Shown here: positions 1-12,400 of the stretch, in pieces
Layout of the letters: each line of letters begins with the position of its first letter
Numbering within the stretch: the first letter of the stretch is position 1
Source of the DNA: Owenia fusiformis
Lineage: Eukaryota
Direction: 5' to 3'
DNA: 64,000 nt
Assembly: GCA_903813345.2 (NCBI GenBank)
Contig: CAIIXF020000001.1
Location: 23,250,001-23,314,000, forward strand
Notes under the pieces: model-generated
Databases searched by the model: none
What the model was told of the DNA's origin: nothing
The model's input: only the letters and a program-made list of their open reading frames with translations
Translations under genes and position numbers: made by a program

Positions 1-510
1 ACGTGCCAAAATCCAGCAATGCTTCAATTCCAAGTTTTCCAAGTTCATAATAGTCTCAATGCTGCTCCTTAGTCACAGCACTCAAATAAGACACTTCTAT
101 TGATGCACTCACCTAAGAGGGATTTTACTGTAAGTTTCTGATTGAAGATTGAACCATATGCTGGACTTCTCTTTTTGACATTAAGTTTGTTACAAATCAA
201 TTGTCTAGTCAATGTTATATTGATCTCATATACATACATGTGTATTACTGTTAGGATTTTACCATTGTTATTTTTGTACTTTGACAAATTCATCATGTTT
301 ATTGTTTATCGAATATATATATTTAGAATATATCATAATTTTTACATTAAATTGAAAACAAATAGTTGTGTTTGAAAATATTGGACGTTTAACAAGTGAG
401 ATACAAATATTTCATCTGGGTATACAGATAATTCAGTATTAGGTGCACACAAGAGAGAAAATTTATTGTGATCCCATTCTATAGTTAGTATACATAAACT
501 TATCAGAGTA

Positions 511-915
511 TAGTAAAACCTGTCTAATCCGAACGCCATTGGGACCGGATAAAAGCATTTAGATTAGGAGGTGTTCACATTTCAAGGTTTTTGCATTCGC
601 AATATTCCGAATTCTTAAGAAATGTGAACACATTCTCGGTGAATATTTTTAGTTCGTTTGACCACATAGCTTTCTGGCATTCCAGAAATTTGAAATTTGA
701 TTCAAATGAATCTAGTCATGCTGGAAAGCCCCATTATGAATGAGACAATTCAAGATTATTTGCCAAAGTTTTGATATCATGACAAAATTTGAGCAATTTT
801 GTATGAAACATCAGAAATTTTATGAAAAGTGTTCAGATTAGACAGGTGAGAAAAAAAGTCTTCAGATTGGGAGGTGTTCGGATTAGCCAGGTGTTCAGAT
901 ATACAGGTTCTACTG
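511..915. mobile_element. Tc1/mariner(pogo)-type MITE
   Basis: Ends (t)agtaaaacctgtctaatccgaac ... gttcagatatacaggttctactg, flanked by TA on both sides. Related fragments lie near 6765-6900. Confidence 0.65.
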
Positions 916-3224
916 TAATGGTTTTGTTTTAAGGTTATTTATGAAGTAATTGTCTTTCAAAAAATTGAATTTACAGAACACTATGACCCAAAAATTCTTA
1001 AAACATATTATTTTTCCATTTCAATAAAGACTGGCACCAAATTAAAATATAGATTACTCTGTCCAGCTGTTCTGCTTTTAAATGCCAAATATTGCAAGAT
1101 ACATGTTGATTTATTGCACTTTTTACTTCCAAAATAGCCGAGTGAACTCAACATGTTAAGTAATATTCAGAATAATGTGAAAACTAAATGTGTGACAAAA
1201 GACTTTTACAATGGAGCTAACAGTGAGCTCAAAGTTATAATTTCAGAGACTTTCTATAAGGTCAATTTTACATGTACTAATAGTCATATTAGAAACCAAT
1301 AAAACACTCAGCACTCTTTTAACAGAAATATCCCACAATACAAACATCATTAATATACATATACCAGATTTTCTCGTAATGATACCTTTTCCTTATTTTG
1401 AAATACCTCCAAAATAATGCCCATGGGCATTATTATGAAGAAAAACAGACTGGAAATAAGCCCTCATTTCATCTAACCATCCAGGATGTCATAACAAGAA
1501 AACCCAGCACAATATCCATATACGTACATGTATTGTACTATTGTTACTCTCCACTTGAAAATACTATAAACATCTTGTACACTGTTGGATAAAACTGTAT
1601 ATAACTATACCTAAATCTATGAGACTTTCAGTCAGAATAAATACATGTATGAACTATGAAACATTTACAATAAAACATTATATGTACAGAATATGATTTG
1701 GTGATTATACAAAAAAGTTCAACATTTTTTAGTTTTAATACACATCAACAGTAGTAAAGAACACACAATTACATATTTTTAATAAGAAACTGAGTTTACC
1801 TTATGAATGTTATCTAATTATCAAATCTGTCGTAGCATTCCATATTTAATAATTTTCAGATTTTGTTGAACAGAAATGACTGTGAAACTTTGCCACAAAT
1901 AACAAGTTTGAAAAATCTTATTTGTTTGGGGCCTATCTTTCTCAAATATATCTAAAATCACAAAAATTCTGAATTTATCTTGAATCATGACAACTTTTGA
2001 GAAAAAGCTGCCTTGATCAATTGAACATTAAAATTATCATAGGACCAGCCTAAATGAATAGATATTATTTGATGCCATCTTTCAAGATGACTGGATAATT
2101 GCACTTGAAGTTTACTCAAAGACAACCTAGCACACAAACAAACATGGTACCATCTCATTGTTTTTCAATGATTTCAGCACATAATCTGCCACCCAACCTT
2201 GGTAACAGTACAAAATATTTTGAAGTGCAAATCTGTATAATAAAAGGAAGGCCTCCTCTGACCCAAGTTAAAATCTTATTTTCACCAAATATACAATTTA
2301 TTATCAACCATTAAATGTCAAAGTATAGTCCGAAACAAATGAGATGGCACCAAAAAATCAGACAAATAGACTATTCATATTCCTGAAGTTAACATGATCA
2401 TGCTTGGCATGAGTTTTTATTGGCGATAATATAGAAAACAATATTTCGAATGACAGGAAGACAATTTAACATAACTGCAATCAAACAAACTATCATCATT
2501 GCTGATGAGAAGCAAGAAATGGGCACAATTTTAAATGCTGTAGTGAAATAAATAATGCACGAATCTAACAATATAAATGCCACATAAAATTTTAAAGCGA
2601 CCTTGTAAGGTACATATGTACTTTAAATGATTGACTGATGGGAAATAAAAATTACACATTTCAAAAGAGCTTCTAAAATGCTAAAACAAATTTAATATAA
2701 TTTCAAAAAATATTATTTGACTTCTCTATATCTGAGTAATATATACATCTTTCTATTCTTGAACAATCCACTGTACATAGACATTGATGTCAGAAATTAT
2801 AAAATAATAGAGATCATAACATGTTAATACTAATTTGATAGGGGGGATTAAGTTTCTGATGCCCTAAAAACATAACATAAATCAACCGTATAATTTTGAT
2901 TTCCATGCCAAGACTGAGTTTTTTTACATTTTAGAATAACTTTACATTTTCATATTTCAAAGCCTTCTTGCCTATGGCGGAATAGTAATTACATCATAGG
3001 CCCGATCATAGGCTTAATTTCAAAGAGACATACTTGTATTGCTAGATGAAGTTCACGAACTGTGTTCATTTACTTGATAATATTGGTGATAGATCACATA
3101 TCTGGCAATCATTAATTGGAAATACATCATTGTATCGTCAGGAACCTGGGCTTCAGTCAATAATTGACCAATATAGTCGCTGGTACGCGTACTGGGCCAC
3201 TCCATGATTAGTTTCTGATATTTC

Positions 3225-3450
3225 TGTGTATGTGTAGTCTAGATCTCCTACATACTTGTAGTCCAGATGACCAAGGTACACGAAGTCTAGATGATCTAGA
3301 TGACCGTCATACATGTAGTCTAGATGACATGGATAATCTATGACCATGTTGTCTAGATGACCTACATACATGTAGTCTAGATGACCTGTGACATGAGTAT
3401 GATCATGTAGTCTTGATCTACATAAGTGTAGTCTAGATGACCTACATACA
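3225..3450. repeat. Degenerate ~24-bp tandem repeat in the ACAP 3' region
   Basis: Recurring unit of the type atgtagtctagatgacctacatac, about 8-9 imperfect copies. Confidence 0.75.
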
Positions 3451-3496
3451 AGTACATGTACACTCGGTGACATATTGGCTAAATCTGCATGTTGCA

Positions 3497-6400
3497 TCAT
3501 TTGTTTCTGTTCAGTTTTTCTGGGTTTTCTGAAGCCATAGTAGCAAAGTCTCTAAACACATCGTTAAATGTTTCATCACCTAAAACAAATGAAAAACAAA
3601 TGGTGTCAATATCATTAATATAACATAACTCACACCGGAATAGCCTGATAATGCTAAAGTCAGATACCGTTGTCACAAACTGTTCGCTTCAACTGTTTAA
3701 TCAATTTGTCCTCATTTCATGGGATTTTATCGTCGCTAATTCTATGCATGCTCTTGTGATGATGTTTCATGCAAAATCCCAATTTCGATCAAATTGGGTC
3801 GTGAATCGCCACAATATAACGTCTTCCATATCGTCAATGACAACGGAATCTGAATTTGAGTAATTTAGAAAGACATATGGTATATGGTAATTACAGTGTC
3901 CGTTGTCCCATATCTCAGTTTGATCGTTAAATTAAAGACTTTATTTCGATGGTAGAACATTATTAACTGTACAATGAGTATTAAGACATTTTGATTGATT
4001 GTTGTTCCAAATGAATTTAGTCTAGGTGCTCTATTAAACATACAGTTCATGAAAATCTAATTGAAGCGACAGTTATGTCCGCCATTTGTGACAACGGTAT
4101 CTGACTTTACCGTTGTCAGGCTATTCCGGTGTGATAACTAGAAAATCAAAGAAATATACATCACATGTTATTAAAGAGGTATGCTCTAAAAAGAATATCA
4201 TTTCTACTTTTGCAAGTTCTTTTTGTGTGTTCAGCTTTAGGTTGTGAATATTCCTTTTCTATACGCAATGGCCAATTGATTGTTACATGTTTCAAATCAT
4301 GAAATGAACTGACCAGGGTTCCCAAAGACTCCCTCTGTTTCTCTCATCTCTTCATTCAGCTTGGCAAGTCTCAGTAAAGTCACAATGTCAGCATTGGCAG
4401 ATTCAACTGCTATAGTGAGGGGGTCCTACAATAAGCATCGTATATTGTTAACATAGTGTAGTTATGGATAATCTTTATAAGTTTTTCTTTTCTATTACTC
4501 AGTTTTGAAAACCATTTTTCAAAGTTCATTGCATTTAAGTACAATTTAAAATCATAGATCCATTATTAGCCTTGTCTCTGCCCCCCCCCCCTCTCCCCAA
4601 TTATCTACTTCCACTTGAAGCAAGGCAAAATAGAAAGAAAAAAAAGAAAGAGAATGAATACTATACAGTTTAGGCAAAGATAATTATATTTTAACAAGAT
4701 TCAATCACAGCTATATCACCACTAACCTTTCCCTCCTCATCTACTGCATGCTGGTTGGCACCTCTCTTTAGGAACTGACAAACTTGCCTGCAATCAAAAA
4801 TACACCAAATGCCAAATATAGGTCACGTTCAAAAACACGTACACATACAGGAGACAACATGTAAGAAACAAACATTGTATGTATTGAGTCTGCAACAACC
4901 TGCACTGATCTATCACATTTTAACTGATCTTTGAGAAAATAAATGAGTTACTACATGTATGAATGCCTATACCTAATCCAATTAGCCTCGTATTTGTATA
5001 TCATATTTATTATATGTTTTTTAATCAAATAAGCGCACCTTAGTTGAGTTTGTTCTGACTTACCCCGTATGTCCCATAATGGTTGCATGGTGTAATGCTG
5101 TTCTTCCTTTCTTATCCGTCTTGTCCACTTTAGCACCATTAAGCAACAAGAACTCACAAGCAGCAATTGAGCCAGTCAGAGTGGCTTCCATCAAAGGGTT
5201 CTTCTTGTCATCATCCTCGTTTGACCAGTTAGGGTCAGCACCTTGTGCCAAAGCCTCACGCATCACAGGAAGGTTCCTAGCTTGTGCAGCCTGTAAAAAC
5301 ATCACTTCAATTACAATTTTGTCAGAAGAAATAGGCAAATACAGATTGGGTTGTGTTGTATTGTGTTATGATATTTACATTGTGATAAAATATTTCTGTA
5401 CAGCTTCAAAAATTGAAATACATGTACAGTACATGTATTTTTGAGTTGATTTTTGAGTTGAACTGAATCTCCATTCTCCACTATTATGTTGCAAATGGCA
5501 AATAACTGCATGCATAAAATATAAATGAATTTTGAAAGTAATATTATGCTAACAACTAATGTCTTCTAATAACTAATTCAAATGTCAAATCTTCTAATCA
5601 TGATAATAAAAATGAATCTGTTGTACCTTATAAAGTAACATATCTGGGTGTAGTTTTGTGAAGTCCTCCAGAGATGTTGTGGACTTAGTGTCAGCATCTT
5701 CTGTCTCGCTGGTGGAAGACTCATCCGAGTCCACTAGAACTGCAAATTGAAATAATAAAATAAAAAAAATAGAAACATTATTCGTTGATTAACACCAATT
5801 ACAAGTAAATGTGTGTGCTGTACAATGAGTTCATACTCATTGTTGGTGTCACCCTAGTAAGATTTTCTAAAAATACCAAATCTTTGGATGGTGAGTCGAA
5901 TTATTTGTCTCACATTTTAATGAAATTGAAACTTGGCTGATGTTTTTTAAATGGACAGACAGGCAAATGGAAGTGAGCAACACTGTATATTATGATCTCA
6001 ATGGATGCTATGGGGAAGAGACTTCAAAATTTACCATTATCTGCCATCTCTGCTGATGTATCGAGTCCTGCCCCGAATAGTATGACATCACTCGTGCTGC
6101 CACCTAAACCACTGTCTTGACTCTCACCCTAGAATTTAAAAAGAAATTTGAATCAAGCAGATTTTCTTTCATGATATTGATGTAGACAAAACACTGTTAA
6201 TTAAAAAATATTCAGTCTCCAACACATCAGTCTCCCTATAACTCAACACATATATTAGAAATAGATACGGGGAGGCAAAAGACTCGATGGAAGAAAAGCT
6301 TAAGAGTCTATATAATTAATAACTTAGCTGAAAGTACTCTACTCAAAACTAGCATGACAAACTACTATAAATAAAAGGTAATTTTCAAAAGTATGTCGAA

Positions 6401-9400
6401 TGATCACATTTTCCTACAATGCATTACTAGAGGTAATACCCTTTGAGTAAGTACCATTTGAGTACTTCTATCTACAGATCATACCTGTACCATTTGAGTA
6501 TTATTCTTTGTTCCTTCAGCTACTGCATCCTCTGGTGATAACTGTCTACTGGGCGACCGCCGTTTTCGTTTCACCACACTCCATTTCTTTATCTGATCCT
6601 CGCCATTGTTTTGTATGTTTATTTTGGGTAGTTTCCTCATGAATGATTTATCAACATATTTAGCCCTAATCCATGCTTCTCGGACATTCCTGCAATAGAA
6701 ACATACATCTAAAGAAACTACTCACTATTCAATTTATTACAAATAAACCTGCAAATATTAAACTACAGTAAAACCGATCTTGATCCATCAACGTTTTACA
6801 TATGACTGAAGGAATACACTGGTTTAACAATGGTAATACCTGTCTAATCTGAACGCTACTGGGACCAATCAAATGTTCAGATTTATAGGTGTCCACATTT
6901 CTTGATCATTTTACAACATGGGAGTCAATGTAAGATTACCCATTAGGCATTAATATACAAAATGTCGCCATCTGTCATTTGTTACAGACGCCGAACACAG
7001 AAAACCAACTGCCAAACACTTAACCACCAAACACAGTCCACATATGAAATGATAGTAGTTGGTCAACAAAGAGATTAACACAGATCTAGAAAAAATATTA
7101 ACCACAGAAATTCAAACCAAGCTCTAACTACTCATATTATTTTCACCTCTATAAGCATACAATGATTTCAAGCCACTTAAGGTTATTCTTTCAATTCTTT
7201 TCTCCAACAATAAACTCAACACTAGGTATATAGCAAGTCAATTGGCAGCCTTGAGTCATATTGTTTTTTATGGGCCAGGTCAATAAAATAATCAAAAGAC
7301 AGTATGTCCTCATTCAGGTCAAGGGATGATGGGGACAGAACAAAAATGAAAATAGTCAACATCAAATCATCACACTATTAACCCGCAGCAGTAGTTGGAG
7401 TAATAAACACAACACAATATATATCTTAAAAGATAAATGTGTGATGTAATAAATATTTTGCTTAGAATATAAGACAACAGACAACCGAAGAAGACATTGG
7501 GAAACAGGTATTTGACTAAAAATGACGGTTTCATGTATGAAAAGATTCTGTGGATGTTACACACCGAGGGCAGGGACACTTTTTTCTGGCTACTACACAA
7601 TGGTAAGTTATATCTTCATCATACATCATGCAAGCTGAGGTGGTGTTTTCTTTATTTCTTTCCCAAACAATTCATTACATAAAGTTCATTGTCACTGGTA
7701 TACAACACTTCTGAATTAGAATAATTTACATTATATTTGAATTTGTTTCAAAGTTGATGTAGTTTAAATGCAGATAATAATTTCAGTCAATGTTCCTGCT
7801 TTATTCATGAAGTCAGCAATTAGTTAGCTATTCACTTTTCATACTTTCATTACTGTTTGTTTATTTTCTACTTTTTAATTCAATAGAAGTAAAATTAAGT
7901 TTTTATGAAAGTTGAGGTCATAGCATCTTTACAGGTGAATGATTGATCCCATCTAAAATAAAATCAAGAAAGTGCTCAAAAAATTAATTAAATTAAAAAT
8001 TAATAATTTTTACCATTCCTGAATTGATCAGTTATATAATTTAAATATGACAAAAATAATTCAAAACAAAGTTGAAAATAAGAAAAAGAGTTAATTGAAT
8101 GACCTAAACAAATTTATTAAATGACTTTTTAAAAAGTGACCTGCATATAAACATTTCAGGTCATCCAGTATAATAGCATGCAAATGAACGCTTAACTATA
8201 CACGCTTCTGAATGGCGAACCTGGACTGACCCCAATTCACCTACATCTTTGAGCAAATAAAATACGCTGAGCTTATTTGACAATATCTTAAGCAATTTAT
8301 ACCTTCCCGATCCGGATTGCAAAATTAATGGGATGTTAAATATGTGACCTATTATCAATAATGAGTTTATTTTTAATCTCTTAGGTCTTGGTTTGTAATT
8401 CTATTTTGTAGGTCCTTGGGGGTGGATTTATAATACTAATACTCATAAAATATGTTGGAAAAGATTTTGGACTTCAGACCAAAGGTGAGAATAATTTAGT
8501 CGTAATTGAAACACCAAGCCATCACAGTAATATACCTGGCACTAATATATTTTGAAACTTCCAACTAAAGTTATTTCTTATTCATCATAGTCTCAATAAA
8601 ATAGCAAACAAGGCATAACATGCAAAATATCACCACCTGCCATTTGTTACAAGCACTGAACATTGACCACCAAACATCCACTGCTGACCACCATATACAC
8701 TAAACGCTGAACACCATCCACAAAAAGTTGTAGACTATTACAATATATCCCTACTCGTGGGTGACATAAAAATGCAAATGATACTGAATGTTTTTTTTAT
8801 ATTCTGTTTTCAGAGCACATGATTGTGACATACAGTTCTCTCATCATGTACTCAATTCTAATGGGTGTCTCCCTGGTCCTTCTCTCTGGGGTGTTCCTTG
8901 TAAGTATTCTTATTTATGTACTATATGGATGACACATATGTCTGGGCCCTGGGGCCTTCTTAGCAAGTTTCCAACATTTTCATTGCATGTCTTCATTTTC
9001 TTGGTCCATGTTTTGTTTTTGTCAATTGACATGTTTTGTTCAAGGAAATTGGCATATTCTATCATGTAACAATATACTGACTTGTTAGTAAAGAGTACAC
9101 TTAGTTCAGTATTTTTTCATTGGATGTTACTGTATTTGACCACAGGATAAAAAGGTCTGCCTTCTGCCTTGGCTTGTATTCATGCTGATCCTTGAAGTGT
9201 TTGACATTGGCTCCACAATACTAACAGCACTAAGACACATGCAGTCTGTCAATTGGGTAAGTTCATAATATGATTAAACCCATTGCTTTTTGGAAGAAAC
9301 ATTTGGGGTGTCTACAAAACAAAGACCTAAGACCTACAAAACTAAGACCCCCCACGTTATAAAACTAAGACCCTGTTATAAAACTAAGACCCCCCACGTA

Positions 9401-12400
9401 ATAAAACTAAGACCCTGTTATAAAACTAAGACACCCCACGTTATAAAACTAAGACCCTGTTATAAAACTAAGACCCCCCACGTTATAAAACTAAGACCCT
9501 GTTATAAAACTAAGACCCCCCACATAATAAAACTAAGACCCTGTTATAAAACTAAGACCCCCCACGTTATAAAACTAAGACCCTGTTATAAAACTAAGAC
9601 CCCCCACGTTATAAAACTAAGACCCTGTTATAAAACTAAGACCCCCCACGTTATAAAACTAAGACCCTGTTATAAAACTAAGACCCCCCCCCACGTAATA
9701 AAACTAAGACCCTGTTATAAAACTAAGACCCCCCACGTTATAAAACTAAGACCCTGTTATAAAACTAAGACCCCCCACATTATAAAACTAAGACCCTGTT
9801 ATAAAACTAAGACCCCCCACGTTATAAAACTAAGACCCTGTTATAAAACTAAGACCACCCACGTTATAAAACTAAGACCCCCCACGTTATAAAACTAAGA
9901 CCCTGTTATAAAACTAAGACCCCCCACGTTATAAAACTAAGACCCTGTTATAAAACTAAGACCCCCCCACGTAATAAAACTAAGACCCTGTTATAAAACT
10001 AAGACCCCCCACGTTATAAAACTAAGACCCTGTTATAAAACTAAGACCCCCCACGTTATAAAACTAAGACCCTGTTATAAAACTAAGACCCCCCACATTA
10101 TAAAACTAAGACCCTGTTATAAAACTAAGACCCCCCACGTTATAAAACTAAGACCCTGTTATAAAACTAAGACCCCCCACGTTATAAAACTAAGACCCTG
10201 TTATAAAACTAAGACCCCCAACGTAATAAAACTAAGACCCTTTTATAAAACTAAGACCCCCCACGTTATAAAACTAAGACCCTGTTATAAAACTAAGACC
10301 CCCCACGTAATAAAACTAAGACCCTTTTATAAAACTAAGACCCCCCACGTTATAAAACTAAGACCCTGTTATAAAACTAAGACCCCCCATGTAATAAAAC
10401 TAAGACCCTGTTATAAAACTAAGACCCCCCACGTTATAAAACTAAGACCCTGTTATAAAACTAAGACCCCCCACGTTATAAAACTAAGACCCTGTTATAA
10501 AACTAAGACCCCCCCCATGTAATAAAACTAAGACCCTGTTATAAAACTAAGACCCCCCATGTTACAAAACTAAGACCCTGTTATAAAACTAAGACCCCCC
10601 ACGTTATAAAACTAAGACCCTGTTATAAAACTAAGACCCCCCACGTTATAAAACTAAGACCCTGTTATAAAACTAAGACCCCCCACGATATAAAACTAAG
10701 ACCCTGTTATAAAACTAAGACCCCCCACGTTATAAAACTAAGACCCTGTTATAAAACTAAGACCCCCCACGTAATAAAACTAAGACCCTGTTATAAAACT
10801 AAGACCCCCCACGTTATAAAACTAAGACCCTGTTATAAAACTAAGACCCCCCACGTTATAAAACTAAGACCCTGTTATAAAACTAAGACCCCCCCACGTT
10901 ATAAAACTAAGACCCTGTTATAAAACTAAGACCCCCCACATTATAAAACTAAGACCCTGTTATAAAACTAAGACCCCCCACGTTATAAAACTAAGACCCT
11001 GTTATAAAACTAAGACCCCCCACGTTATAAAACTAAGACCCTGTTATAAGAATCAGTCACCGTGCCTTGCTCTGCTCGCCACAAGGTAGTCTTGCCTCTG
11101 GGCCTTGTGTTCCCTAGTAACATACAGATTCTACAAAAGATAGTCTTGCTTCTGGTCCTTGTGTTCCCTTCTAATATACAGATTCTCCCCACTAACATAA
11201 AGATTCTACAAAAGGTAGTCTTGCTTCTGGTCCTTGTGTTCCCTTCTAATATACAGATTCTCCCCACTAACATAAATATTCTACAAAAGGTAGTCTTGCT
11301 TCTGGTCCTTGTGTTCCCTTCTAATATACAGATTCTCCCCACTAACATAAAGATTCTACACATGGTAGTCTTGTCTCTGGCCCTTGTTTACCCTAGTAAC
11401 ATACACATATGGTAGTCTTGCCATTGACCCTTGTTTTCCCTAGTAACATGGTGGTTCAAGATTTCAGACCCATCTTTCTCACATAGATTGCTGAACTTAT
11501 TTTAGTTAAGAATTCCTAATAGAATTAAGAATTAATAGCTGAAACTGTTCTGTTTGTCCTAGCAAACAATATCCCAATATGCATTTGAAATTCATTTTTG
11601 TCTATATGTGTTGACAGTCTGTGATGTCATCATCAATCATCACAATGGGAATTAGGTGAATTCTATCTGTGACAGTGAGATTATCTATGATGTCACATAG
11701 TAGTTTGATTTCTAAGAAATGTGGCAGAGTTCTATCTATGACAGAGATGCTTTGTGATGTCATCATGAATTATCTCGTTTCCATTGTGATGATTGATGAT
11801 GTCATCAGAGTACTTTGTGATGTCATCGTGAATTACCTCATTTCTATTGTGATGATTGATGATGACATCACAGACTGTCAACAAATAGACAGAAGAAGTT
11901 GAGAAGTTGAACTACAAGTTGGAAAATTGTTTGCTAGGGCAAAACAACTCAGTTTCAGCTAATAATTCTTAATTCTATTAGGAATTCTTAACTAACAAAG
12001 GTTCAGCAATCTGTGCCAGAATGATGGGTCTTAAATCTTGAACTACCATTAAACATCACTTCCAAAACAATACCAGCATAAAATGGAGTATCTCTTTTTA
12101 TGCTCAGCATAAAATGGGACATCACTTTTTATGCCAGCATAAAATGGGATATCACTTTTTATGCCAGCATAAAATGGGACATCACTTTTTATGCCGGGCA
12201 TTAAAAGTGATATCAAAAAAAAATTACTTTTTTTAAAAATCAACAAATCCGGGTATTTGTTACAGTCCATTTTTATATAATCCGCTGTTGTATGTTACTG
12301 GGGAACACAAGGCCCAGAGGCAAGACTACCTTGTGGCGAGCAGAGCAAGGCACGGTGACTGATTCTTATAGCAAGGTCTTAGTTTTATAATGTGGGAGGT

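Noticed and set aside
1-300. Possible start of a neighbouring minus-strand gene at the window edge
   Set aside because: Only a short open frame running off the edge, with no recognisable motif.
7497-7682. ORF-track 61-aa plus-strand ORF
   Set aside because: Wrong frame; the supported exon uses the ATG at 7522 and the donor after 7602.
9290-9892. 200-aa ORF of [14 protein letters not shown] repeats; regularly spaced repeats superficially like a CRISPR array
   Set aside because: It is the translation of the 42-bp minisatellite in the foldback arm. There are no unique spacers or cas genes, and the context is a eukaryotic intron.
11025-11415. Repetitive ORFs on both strands
   Set aside because: Products of the 75-bp tandem repeat.
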